In this document: positions 49,431 through 64,000 of the stretch, piece by piece
Layout: every line of letters begins with the position of its first letter
How positions within the stretch are numbered: the first letter of the stretch is position 1
Origin: Schmidtea polychroa
Taxonomy: Eukaryota
Length of the DNA: 64,000 nt
NCBI GenBank assembly: GCA_044892525.1
Contig: CM097885.1
Location: 52,020,001 to 52,084,000 of the forward strand
Reading direction: 5' to 3'
Made by a program: the position numbers and the translations under genes
Notes under the pieces: model-generated
Database searches by the model: none
Told to the model about the DNA's origin: nothing
What the model saw: the letters and a program-made list of their open reading frames with translations, nothing else

Positions 49431-51598
49431 CCGCATTAGATAAGAATTCTGACTTATTTTCAAATTGAAAGAATTCAAATAATCAAAAACAGAAAAACTG
49501 TAATACTAGTTAATTGTAAATCGTTTAAAGTAAATAATTTAAAATAAAATATTAAATATTTGCTAATGCAATTTCAAGTCATTACTTTCTTTTGATAACA
49601 TATATTGATAACAAATTTCAAATTAAATTAATTTTCAAAATTATTTAAGAAATTAAAATAATTAAAAATTCAAACGTAAAATTTAATTTAAATCAAATAT
49701 AACATAAATTATATTAATATTGTTTTTATAAAGTCAGACAAAAATAAATTACTATAATCGAACCAAAGACTATTTGCTATAAAAGCTTTGAATTTGTGAA
49801 AAAAATTGTTTGAAATTTATATCATCAAATGTGATTAGATTTTAATTTTCTATGATCTCTGTTTGCGACATTAATTTTTCTTTGAGTTGATTTTGTTAAA
49901 AATTTCAAAATTTCGCGTGCTGGGCAATAGAAAATTTCATTGGATGATAATATAAAAATATTTATACTTATTTTTTGATTTTTTTTCTAAATTATAGCTT
50001 GATTGTTTAACTAATTGGTTTGTCAAGGTTATTTTATATGAAGAAATTAAAATAATATATAGAATATAATATATAAAAAATATATATAATATATAAAAGA
50101 AAACAAATTATTTGTATTAATATTAAATGCTAAAAATTAACCTAATATTGCCAATCAACACTAGTGTTATGACTTTAACTCTTTTTTCTCCCGTTTATTT
50201 TGATGAACTTTTGTGTGTAGAGCACATTTTTGCCGTGGGGTTAGAAATTTTTGTAAAATCGTCCAGTACTCATAAGGGTCTAAAAAATCATACATGGCAA
50301 TAATGTGATCTAGGTGTTTTTTTAGTTTTTCTAAACAGTTTTAAGCTAATATTCCTATATACAAAAATTTAAATACACTAATTTCCAAGCTACATGTTAC
50401 ATTTAGGAAACTGTCCTACGAGATTGCCGATGTTTACCATTCTATGCTTCCAATTCTTTAATGGAAACAGAGTAATACTAATGTGATAATTCTTAATTAA
50501 TTTACCTGATAAAAAACGTTTAAAAATTAAAAATTAAGTTTTGATTTCAGCTGAAAAGAGCTAATTGGGTTATATATAGGAATCCTATATTATAGGATGT
50601 TCTTAAAATAATGTTTATTTTCTCGCTCATTTAAGTGCATTCTCATTACTCATCAAAAACTTCCTAAGTGTGAGTTCATTTAAATTTATATCAGCATCAA
50701 CGAAACAAAAGCGTCATGTCTAAATTATCGATGGAATTTGTCGAGAGAAGTTTAAAAACATGGTAAAAGAATTTGAAAAATCAAGAATAGAATACAGTAC
50801 AGCAGTTGTAAAATATAATAGTTTAACAAACACTTTAAATAATTGCTGCTTCAACTAAGCTCTTCTCATCTATCTCATCAAAATTCCATAGAACTTCAAA
50901 TAAATTACATAGAGAGGAATCAGCTTTAAATTTACGCATAAATCCATCTATAAATGATTCAATGATCTCGTTAAAATTGTGGTTGTGAAAATATCCTTCT
51001 GCAGGTCCTTATTCGGTAATTTGTCGCATATTCTGTAACAATTTCATTAGATGGTTCTATTTTCTTTGACTCGGACTGAACTGCATCCCAAGCAATTTTA
51101 ATTTTCTTTATATTTTCAATAAGTGTGTCAATATTAATTTTTACTGTTGTCTATGTTGATTTCAGTGCTTAGTAAATTGAATTTGTTTGATGCAATGAAA
51201 CCAGAACCTTCATCCACATTACCGACATTTTGTAGTTTTTTGTAGTTGCAAATAGTGTTTTTATATATCCTCAAATGGCGAAAACTTTAGTCAATTCATA
51301 ATGCCAGATAGAACTCTCGAGCAACGTTCTAATATAATCGTGTCACGAGAGGTTGTAGCCATCGTTCACCGATCAGAATTTTAATTGATTCAACACTTTA
51401 TAATGAAATGTGTATAACTATATGTACAATGAATTTTGGACATTGGAAGATAGTGATAAAAATATAAGGTATTATTTACAAGATTATTCAAACCACTTTA
51501 TATTCTTCTAAAAGTGTTTATCTGATTTTATTTTTAATTTTATAATAGTCAAAAATTATTAATGTGGCAAAAATGTAGCTTAATAAAATTTAACTTGT

Positions 51599-54146
<2,548 letters not shown>

Positions 54147-54551
54147 CTTTGAGAATAACTGACAATATACAAAGAAATTAAAAAAATAAGAATAAATTAA
54201 AAAGTAATAATTAGAATAATATAGAAAAAAATTTTAAAAAATAGGGTTTGAAAATCAAAATTGACACATTTATTGAAATATTTAAATAGCATATATAAGT
54301 AGTTATTGGAGGCTTTATTTAAAATATTTTCAAATATTTTATTAGGCTTCTAGAAGCTAATTATAGAAGCTGTAAAAAATTTAAAAATTTTAGTTTGTGT
54401 CATTTTGAAATTTTAAATGTAAAAATTTTAAAAAAATTTTAAAAGTTTTTAGTAAAACAATTCATTATATTTACAACCAATGAGAATTAAGAGAAAGGAA
54501 ATAAAAGAAAGATTGAAGGGTATTTTGAAGAAGAACATTGCTAAATTCCAG

Positions 54552-54590
54552 GAGATTGACAAGGACTATCGTATAGTCGAAAATTCTTTC
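54552..54590 (+). ncRNA. Minimal hammerhead ribozyme, U3-A8 core variant, in the PLE 3' region
   Basis: GAGA-TTGACAA-G-GACTAT-CGT-ATAGTC-GAAA-AT-TC^TTTC: perfect 6-bp stem II, palindromic AAUU stem III, 4-bp stem I with one G-U, and C3-G8 replaced by U3-A8. Confidence 0.65.
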
Positions 54591-54642
54591 ATTAAATACA
54601 TTATTTGCAGCAAAAGGCTTAAATTATCATTTTATTGTTTTA

Positions 54643-54734
<92 letters not shown>

Positions 54735-54749
54735 TAATAATAATAATAA
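54643..54749. repeat. (AAT)n microsatellite at the PLE 3' junction
   Basis: Direct reading; resumes at 55743 after the solo LTR. Confidence 0.97.
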
Positions 54750-55742
54750 TGTTGGGTTTTATGATATCAAAATCAACCGTTGGTTACTCTGACCCCACGT
54801 GTTCCAAAATCAATAAACACAAACTCCCAACGTATATTTGTTTTAAAAAAATTTACAACTCTCAACAATTAATTACACTGTTGGTTAACCACAATTCTCA
54901 CACAATTTCTGATCGGACACCGCTCTGGAAGGTTTCAACCTTGTACGATTTTCGGTGTTCGATTATGTACAACCTTTCGATTCCGTTCCGCTCTCTGATC
55001 CAATTTCTTTTAACACTTCTTGTCTAACTCTTCAGTTTTTCTTATAATCCTTTTCTTCCTTTAATTTTTTCCTCTAACTCCTACTGTCAATTTCCTCTTC
55101 CCTACCTAAGGCTACCGCCGATTATGTGAATTTTGAGTTTCCTTATATACTCCCATAATCATAGTAATTGCCCAATTTTCGACCTAATTGGTTTTGACTT
55201 CTTTGGTTATCATTATCTAATTAGCAATTTCTGTTGACCCTTTTCGTAATTGCCCTTCTTTTGTTTACTCTCGTTTATCCGGTTGTTTGAATAATTGCCC
55301 TCTGAATTCCTAGTTTGTTTACCCTTCCAAATTGCCGTGCTCGGGTTTTCTTCATCGCTCAGGTTCTCCATTGGCTCGGGTTTCCCTTTAGCTCGGGTTT
55401 CCATTTAGCCAATTAATTAATTAATTAATTAATATTTTACGTTTTTTTCATATTTGTCTTTTTTACGACCCTTTCTAAACAATTTCCTGATCACTGTCTT
55501 CTTCACCACCCCCTAATCTACCCCTCTACAGTTTCCCAGCATCAATTTCGATAACTTTTCACTTTATTCCACTTCCTCAAATTTGCGCATTTTTCCATTT
55601 CGTGTCTGATTGTACCCTTTTATAATTCTGTTCTTATTATATCTTTCTTTGCCGTTGCTTCTCTGCTTGACCGCCATTCAATTTCGGTTTTCCTTTTAAT
55701 CTGAACTACATAAATTAATAATTTGCTTTTAAAACCTCAACA
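54750..55742. mobile_element. Solo LTR (~993 bp) inserted in (AAT)n
   Basis: TGTTGGGTTTTA ... TAAAACCTCAACA (TG..CA with ~12-bp inverted ends); ATAA on both flanks; non-coding; internal GCTCGGGTTT repeats at ~55338-55402. Confidence 0.7.
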
Positions 55743-56028
55743 ATAATAATAATATTAATAATAATAATAATAATAATATTGTGCATTTATTATAAAATTT
55801 TTATCAGACATTTTATTTTTATTTTATTTTATATTTTTAATAACCAAATTTCATTAAAATATACAAAAACGTTTCAAATTTTCACCCATTTAAGAAATAA
55901 TAAAAAATACCAAAAGAAATATTAAAATTATAATCAAATGTGACAAATAGATGGAAATATTTTCATACAATTTTCATAAACATTGTAAAATTATAAAATA
56001 TAATAATGATAATGATCTTAATGGTAAT

Positions 56029-56240
<212 letters not shown>

Positions 56241-57211
56241 ATTTTTGTTATAAATAAATATATTTTGAATAATATATTACAGAAAATTTAAATAATGCAA
56301 ATTATGTTTTTATTATGCAAAAATTGTTGTTGAAAATCAAATTGAAAAAATAAAAGTTTTTTTAATAAATGAAATAAATTATGAATTTTTATAACAAATA
56401 ATTATGATGAATTATTATTTTATTACTTTACTGTAAGTTGTGAATGACTTAAAATTCAAAGGATCATTACCGCTTTCAAGTTCACGTTTCGAGTTGCGCC
56501 TATTTAACATTGTTGCTTATAATCTTTGAGAAATTTGTTTAAAGCAAATATTTGAGTTCCTTCTTAATTTATTATTCATTATCAAACCCTTTATTAATAA
56601 TTAGAATAAAGTTTTGTTTATTCCAGAAGTGTTTCTAATTAATTTTACATTATTAATTTGTTTGAATTTTATTAAAGTTTATGTTATCGTAAAATAACTT
56701 TAATTTAAAGTGAGAATTTTATTGCCTAAAATATTTAGCAAAATTTACTATATTTAACGCTATTATTATATTTTATAAAGTGCATCGAATTAAGTTTCAT
56801 CGAATCAAACAATAAAACTTCACAAACAAAATAATATAATTTATTAATTGTTTTTCGTAATTATTTCATTTTTACTTTACTTGCAGGGGTTTCTATTAGT
56901 TTTGTGATCTATAGGTTAAGGACATGAAGAAACACAATTTCTTCCAGAGATTCAGATTCTCAAAAATGAAAATGTTTTCGCGCGTCTGCATTGTGACAAC
57001 GTCAACTTTAAATATACTCTGAAGATAAGTTTATGGTCTTTAAGATGATTTCAAGGTTAACACAAAAATATAATGATTTACTTATTGTTAAATAAATCAA
57101 AGTCTAAAAATTTCTTATGATATAATAGTTCAGGTATTTATCTCGTTAGGATTGAAGACTGTTATGTAATAACGAACATGAAATATGAGACATGTTTCAG
57201 ACATACTATAA

Positions 57212-57802
57212 CAAGGGTGGGCACGCATGGGTTCAATAAGAGCCATTTTCCGAAAATTTATTTTTTACAGAGCCACCATAGTAAAGTACATATTTTTTCG
57301 TTTTTTCGTATTTTCGTTTTTTGATGTTTTCTGATGTCATTATAATAATAAATTTAAATAACTATATGGCTGAAATTTAAACAAAATAATAAAAAGACAT
57401 TAATTTAATTTTAATTAGTTTAAAATGCTTCATAAAAAAATCTTCTTACCAAATTTTTCAAAAAACACGAATAGAAAACTATACTAAAATATACAAACGA
57501 CCGCAATCTTGTACAAACAAAATAATAACCAATCAAAATTCACTAAATTTATTTTTGATGCTTCTCTCTCGTTGTTATAACAAAGCGCCGCCTACTACAA
57601 AATAATTTTGAAAAGCAGTAAAATGTGAAAAACAATGTTTCGTTAATTTTTGACATTTATGAAAATACAATTGCAACAAAAAATTTTTTCTCAAAACATT
57701 TAGTGAAAAATTTCAAAATAAAAAATCGAATTCGATTATCAAGAATTCAATTATCAATGAGCCGCAGTCTACTCAACGAAGAGCCGCATTTGCCCACCGT
57801 TG
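57212..57802. mobile_element. hAT Charlie/Buster-type MITE
   Basis: TIR CAAGGGTGGGCA / TGCCCACCGTTG; perfect 8-bp TSD TACTATAA; GAGCC subterminal motifs. Confidence 0.9.
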
Positions 57803-58884
57803 TACTATAACATACAAACATGCATCATACCATTCGCGATGATTATTAATTAGGCAATTTAATTATTAAATAAATACTTATACTTATTAGATTACTTATA
57901 CATTATATAAATGATAAAAGTTTTGTATAATAATATATTTTTTTAAATATCGTGCTTTTGTCATAACAGATCAATAGCAGGTTACTACAGAAAATGGAGT
58001 CCTAGGCTCAGACAAATTCTGGGCCTTTCTAAACATATAGACTGAAAGTCTAAAACTGATGGTGCAAATTCAATAGAAAGACATTGAAAATAAAATTACA
58101 AAGGTTTTTTTTTAAATTTTCAACATTCAATACCAATAATAAACTAATATATAAACAAACTTTAAATAAAGTTATATAAAGTTATTAAATTTTTCTTAAA
58201 AGCTACAAAAACTTCATTTGGTACATAACAACTCATGGAAGTCCACCACATCAGCTCCTTCGGTAAACGCGGAGTGCATGAGGTCTGTGTTGAGTCATTA
58301 ATGATAACTTCGTCATTGTTATCCTTTGTTATTTGTATCTTGTATTTTATTATTATTAATAGTGCGTATATATTGTATCTGTATATTTGTATATTTTTAT
58401 ATTTGTATATTTGTTCTCAAAGGTGAGGAAATATGTAGAGCCCAGCCGAGTCTCATTTAAAAAAATATACTGTATCGGGACAGCTCGGGTGATTGTATGT
58501 TGATTGAAATTGCGATTTTACAATAAAAATAAATATTAAATATTAAAATTAAAATAAAAATTAAATTAAAAAAACTAATTTAACTTTTGTAACGTTTATT
58601 CAATGATAAAAAGTATGAACCTTCTCTATGAAACTTTGTTGGAATTGAATTAAGTAATAATTTCGTTCTATATCGGATTATAGTAGGATGGGTTTAATAT
58701 TGGGAATAGATGGTTTCAATTATTTATCTTGTTCATATTACCACAATTTATTCGAATAGTTATTAAACATTAATTTTTAATGATTATTTTAAAAAATATT
58801 TTTACAATTCTCCATAGTAATAATTTAGTACAGAGAATTGTCCTATATAGCTTATTATATATATTTTTTATACATAGTCAACAC

Positions 58885-61325
58885 TAGAGTGTCTGTCTCG
58901 AGATTTCTCGCGAGAATGGTATTTTTTTTAACTTCTCGTCTCGCCGAGACATTATGATACTTCTCGTCGAGACAAGAATAAAAAAAATTATAATTTTTTT
59001 AAAATTTAGTTGCTAGGTATTCTTTTTTTTTGTGAGAGATAATTTGCTATGAGAAAAATTAAAAAAAAAGGTTTTTTTTGAATCTAGTTGCATTGCTTTT
59101 TTTTGTGATTATTGTGTTTCCATGGTTTTCTTTAACATGCAAAATGAATGTTTTGTTATGTTAGTTTGATTTCGTAAAGACACTGATTATTATATTTCAA
59201 AAATATTTCGAAAATAAAAGAATGTATATTTTTCAAATAACACTGAATTAATAAATTATTACAATTTCTTAACGAAATCTTTTACTTGTAGATTCAAAAT
59301 TTAAAATTAGACTTCCCAAAAATGGAATCAGAATCATGGAAACATTACAAAAAAATGAAAAAGGCGAATATGCAGTATGCAATTACTGCACAAACAAAAT
59401 ATCCATTAAAGGATCATCAACAACTGGTTTAATACGTCATTTAAAGACGAAACATAGTATATCAATTAAGACCAAAAATACCTTACACCAAGAGAATGAA
59501 ACCGAAGAAAATGTTCCTGCCAAAAAGCCAAAATTTCAATCATCTATATTTAAATTTGTAAAACGAGCATCTTTAGCTCAAATTATTTCGCGATTAGTGG
59601 CAAAGGATGGAATATCTTTTCGTGCCATCAGTAATAGTAGCTTCATCCGACAATCAATTACTGAGCGGGCTATACGCTACCAAAACATCAATCCGATATT
59701 CAAAAACTTGTCAGAGATTATTATTATGAAATAAAAAGTCATATATGCGATGAAATCAATGTATTAAAAACCAGCAACACCAAATTCAGCATCACAACAG
59801 ACGAATGGACTAGTACAAGAAACCGGCGGTATATGAACATTAATCTACACTACAGTAATTTAGTAAAATTTTGTAATTTAGGACTTGCAAGAATAGAAGG
59901 CGCTTGTCCAAATGAAAAGGCTGTAGAAATGGTTAAAAATAGATTGCGTGATTTTGGACTAAGCTTTTCGGACATAGTTAGTTGCACAAGTGATGGTGCA
60001 GTTGTTATGGTAAAGTTTGGTAAATTGATTCCGTCATACCATAAACTTTGCTACAACCATGGTGTTCACTTGGCTATTTTAGACGTTCTGTATAAGAAAC
60101 CTGTCGAATATTTACCACAAATTGACTCTTATTTATCTTCCTCAGACTCTGAACTTTCTGATGAAAGCACATATTTTGAAGATTACAACATACAAGTACC
60201 AAATATTAATAGTGACATTAATATTATTTTAAATCGTTTGAGGAAAATCGTGAAATATTTTAAACTATCACCAACAAAAAATTCTATTCTGCAAAATAAA
60301 GTAAAAGAAAAGCATGGGAAAGAACTTTCATTATTGTTGGATTGCCGAACTAGATGGAACACTATTGTAGTGATGATTGAGAGATATTTGAAAATTAAAG
60401 AAAGTGTTAATGATACGTTAAAATTTTTAAATATTGAAAATTATATTATTGAAGAAAATGATATCACTATTTTGGAAAATTTAATGAATATTTTAAAGCC
60501 AGTTAAGTTAGCTGTTGAAGCACTCGGTAAAGAAGATTCAAATTTATTAACTAGCGAAGGTATTTTCCAGTTCCTATTCGAAACCATAAATGAAAATAGA
60601 AGTAGTCTGGCTAAAGAACTTCTTTCTGCATTAAAAAACAGATTTAACGCAAGAAGAAATAAGCAAATAGTATCAGTTATACAATTCTTACAGAATCCAC
60701 AAATATTAAAATCAAATATTATCTTTGAAGAGCTAAACTTGTGTTCTAAAACCGAAATTTTAAAAACAATAAAAGATATTATGAACAAGCACTTTCAAAA
60801 GGATGTTAACTCTGAAGAAGAACAAAATTGCAGCGAAATAACAACAGTAGCAACAGGAATAAGTCAGCCGCAAAGTACAACACTTTTGGATAAATTACAA
60901 CAAAACGTAGCATCTCGGTTCAAGACAATGCCGATAAATGAGGATATAAACAAATCCCTGACTAAAGAAATTAATTTATATGAATTAAATGGGATTATTT
61001 CGGGCAATTTGAAGAATATTTTGGAAGCGTTAAAAACAATTAAGCCAACATCGACCGAGAGTGAGAGAGTTTTTTCAACTGCCGGAAATTTTGTTACTAA
61101 AAAACGTTCTGCATTGGAGATGATTCCATAAATATGTTATGTTTTTTAAAATCATATTTTAATAAAAATGAATAAATTTTATATTACTCTCTTTATATGA
61201 TTTGTTTTTGTTTCTTTATAATTTCTTATGTATTAATATCTCGAGATTTCTCGAGATCTCGTACAAGTTTTGTCGAGAACTCTCGTCTCGACGAGAAATG
61301 AAACCGGCGAGAAACAGATGCTCTA
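58885..61325 (+). mobile_element. Full-length hAT (Ac-type, BED finger) transposon
   Basis: Perfect 8-bp TSD GTCAACAC (58877-58884, 61326-61333); TIR TAGAGTGTCTGT / ACAGATGCTCTA; dense TCTCG/CGAGA subterminal repeats at both ends. Confidence 0.95.
59322..61175 (+). CDS. hAT transposase (BED zinc finger, DDE, dimerization domain), interrupted by three 1-nt indels
   Basis: WKHY...CNYC...TTGLIRHLKTKH; FSITTDEWTS; SCTSDGA; LCYNHGVH; TRWNT; PTSTESERVFS. Frameshifts at ~59352, ~59668 and ~61117. Confidence 0.85.
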
Positions 61326-61379
61326 GTCAACACTAGTAACAAAACAGTAATAACTCCTAATTAAAATGAAAGTTAACAA

Positions 61380-61740
61380 CCCACTATATCCTTGATTTCG
61401 ATTAGCTTATATGATCCTGAATATCTAGGTTGCAGACTTTAATCTGGAATGTTCCGGACGTAAACATGTGATGCATCCTCAAATATTCTTGGAACGTATG
61501 ATTTTTATGTGGATGCCGAAGAGAAACCGGGATAAATGTCCACTGACAAAAGATGATCCCTAGCGGTTGAGATATCTTTCAAAGTTGGAGAGTTATCAAA
61601 ATCAATGAAGGTGAAAAGTTAAATTGTGGAAGATATACTTTGGTTTTGGAAATTAGAAAGCAATTCCGGTATCAATGTCACAAAAATATTTACTGTGTTA
61701 ATAATTAATTAAATTTATTTCTATATTCTTAAGATGAAGG
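61380..61740 (-). pseudogene. Probable Gypsy integrase C-terminal (GPY/F) relic
   Basis: Minus strand DASHVYVRNIPD*SLQPRYSGSYKLIE resembles the HVFVR...LQPxYxGPY motif. Confidence 0.5.
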
Positions 61741-62115
61741 TTGACTCAGCTACATTAGCGAACTGAATAAAATAGATTTTTCCAAAAAGAGTAGAATACG
61801 TTATACTAATTCCAATAGCTTTGACAAAAACTTTTGCAAATTTTATTATTGATAAGGATTAAAACAATCATTTATAAATCTTTATTTACTTTTACTGAGT
61901 TTCCAACTTTTGTAATTCAATTGTATAATATAAGAACTTCTTTCGATTTGGCAAACCGACAATTAAATATGTTTTTATATGTAAACAAGACTGGCTCGTT
62001 GTTTTTGTTGTATTCGGGAGGAATTTTTGGCGTCTTTGAAAAATGTTTTTAATAAGTACTAAAAAGATATATAGGAGCCAAAACCAGGCACTATTTTCTA
62101 TGGTCTTATATAATA

Positions 62116-62375
62116 CTAGGGGCTCTGCCCCTGTTCGCTTCGCTTCACCAACTCTGTTAGAACGTGGAGTTAATGTTAAAGTTAATATCCAGGGTATTCT
62201 TGGACAGGAGTAAGATTCAGTTTATTAATATGTTTACATAACTATGATAAAAGATAATATCATAAACCGTTTCTAAGTAATATAGAACGATAAGTACAAA
62301 AGAATAAATACATTATAAAAAAAAAGAGTAAAATTCGGATGTAGGGGACCCTTAGCTTTTTTATATATCGAGAGA
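62116..62375 (-). mobile_element. Non-autonomous mini-Helitron (260 bp)
   Basis: Minus strand A|TCTCTCGATATATAAAAAAG ... GGGGC-AGA-GCCCC-TAG|T: 5' TC, 3' GC hairpin and CTAG, A/T insertion site, no TSD. Confidence 0.7.
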
Positions 62376-62685
62376 TAATAAATAATTTTTAATAATTAAA
62401 TTCTAATTTTTTTTCCTATTATAATTCAAATTCGTTGTTTTGAAAATGAAAATTCACTGCCAATATGAATTTCAATAAATTTCCAATTTCGTCAAAAATT
62501 ATATTCATATAACTGGAGGTACCTATTCATTTAAAAAATAAAAGAAATAACTGAATTACAAAATATTAAACTAAAAAAAAATTCTTTTCCAAATACTTTT
62601 TGTTAAAATTAAAGTTTTCATATTGTCGCGATAGTGTTTGTGTGCAGTTTACACTTCGAACACTCTATGACCCAGGCCTATATAT

Positions 62686-62986
62686 CAGAGACCTGCACGG
62701 GTTCGTGCAGGGCCGATATTTTGTTATTTCATTCAGGTTCGAGTCGGGCTCGGGCTTAATTTTAAAAATTAATCAAAAATATTTTCTTTATAAATTTTCA
62801 ATATAATTTTATTTGAAATAAAATAAAATTTACTTTAGTAAATTTCCTTACTTAGCCAAAATGACAGCGTTTCTATACTTTGGACTTGAAAATCTAGTAT
62901 AAAATTCTTGATAAATATGATTTCGTCTAATACGGTCTTTACTATTGAGCTAAATTATTTTACTAAACGCCGGATCGGGTCGGGTT
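62686..62986. mobile_element. Terminal fragment of a hAT-like element
   Basis: AGAGACCTGCACGGG terminus-like sequence followed by TCGGG(C/T) repeats; opposite end not found. Confidence 0.35.
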
Positions 62987-63845
62987 AAAACCAGAAAAGA
63001 TTTGGTTACTGTATTATTTCTTAGCCCCGCATTATTAGGCATTGATCTTAATGTTAGAAAAATTTCCAAAAAGAACCAAAATCATCTGAGCATTTTATTT
63101 TAATTTACAAATATATAAGAATTTTAGCTCTTCATTATCTTTCCTTTTTCCCATATATTTATTAAGGAACAATTTCCATTTGAGAAATGAATTGTTCAAT
63201 ACGAATCGAAATCTGAGTCAATTAGAATTACAGAAAACAGGAAGTTGAATTGATTTTTGATCATTCAGTTTCAGAACGCTCTGGGGAATTCTAAATTGTA
63301 TTTACAAATCAAAATTAGGACATCTAATTTGCTGAAATTTATGAGGAATGTTTTTCTATAATTTCTGATGAAATAAATTTTTTTAATGAAATTTTTAAAT
63401 AATTTAAATAGAGTTATCTGAAAAATAGTTTGTTTGCGACAAAAATGAAAACTTGAAATTCAAATTAATAAAATTCACAAATAATAATAATAATTGTGAA
63501 GTGTTTTCAGCTGAGAATTAAATATTTCAATGTTTTATTAAAATAATTTTAAATGATAAATAATTGACTATTTAAAATAACTTTTAAAAACATTTTAAAA
63601 TTGAATTTTTTAAATTGAAATTCTAAAATTTTTAAATTAAAAAAGCTTTTTAATAGTAAATCATTTTTAAATAAATATATTTTAAATATCGAAATTTTAG
63701 TAAATGGTTTTTGAAATATTTTATTCAACGCTGAAATTTTGTTTGGAAATTATACAATATTTCATTAAATAAATACATTGAATTATGACGTTAACTTCTG
63801 AACCGGATTTAAAAAATAATTTAGAAGATGTATTAGCAGCTTCTA

Positions 63846-63866
63846 ATAATAATAATAATAATAATG

Positions 63867-63962
<96 letters not shown>

Positions 63963-63964
63963 TA
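63846..63964. repeat. (AAT)n microsatellite
   Basis: Direct reading. Confidence 0.97.
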
Positions 63965-64000
63965 AACAGTACAAGCTTTGTGATACCCAGTGCAAATCCC

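Noticed and set aside
50600..51400. Possible minus-strand hAT C-terminal relic
   Set aside because: Only weak resemblance; no diagnostic motif read with confidence.
57148..57182. TTGAAGA-CT-GTTAT-GTA-ATAAC-GAAC hammerhead-like hairpin
   Set aside because: No GAAA box and no stem III or cleavage triplet.

Overview
Very AT-rich eukaryotic (metazoan) genomic DNA, dense in transposons, with 40-55 nt introns mixed with multi-kb TE-filled introns and long (AAT)n/(TA)n arrays. The style resembles planarian genomes, which is an inference only. Two spliced host genes were reconstructed by hand on the + strand. One is a 13+-exon RCC1-repeat gene with a C-terminal Cys/His motif (claret/GLO-4-like, ~3404-26652; 5' exons unresolved). 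The other is a complete 11-exon UFD1 gene (30527-41597, 294 aa). Mobile DNA includes an intact DD34E IS630/Tc1-type transposon with modular TIRs (1232-2778), a hATm-like element with a 3'-deleted transposase (13690-16114), a full-length BED-finger hAT broken only by three homopolymer indels (58885-61325) and a Penelope-like retroelement between two (AAT)n arrays (51734-54642). There are also many MITEs with clear TSDs, solo-LTR candidates, a mini-Helitron and TE relics. The most notable unannotated signal is a set of minimal hammerhead ribozymes: a short non-coding repeat family with three copies in introns of the RCC1 gene (the intact copy is antisense), and a U3-A8 variant in the 3' end of the Penelope element. 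All coordinates were read by eye, and no database searches were run.
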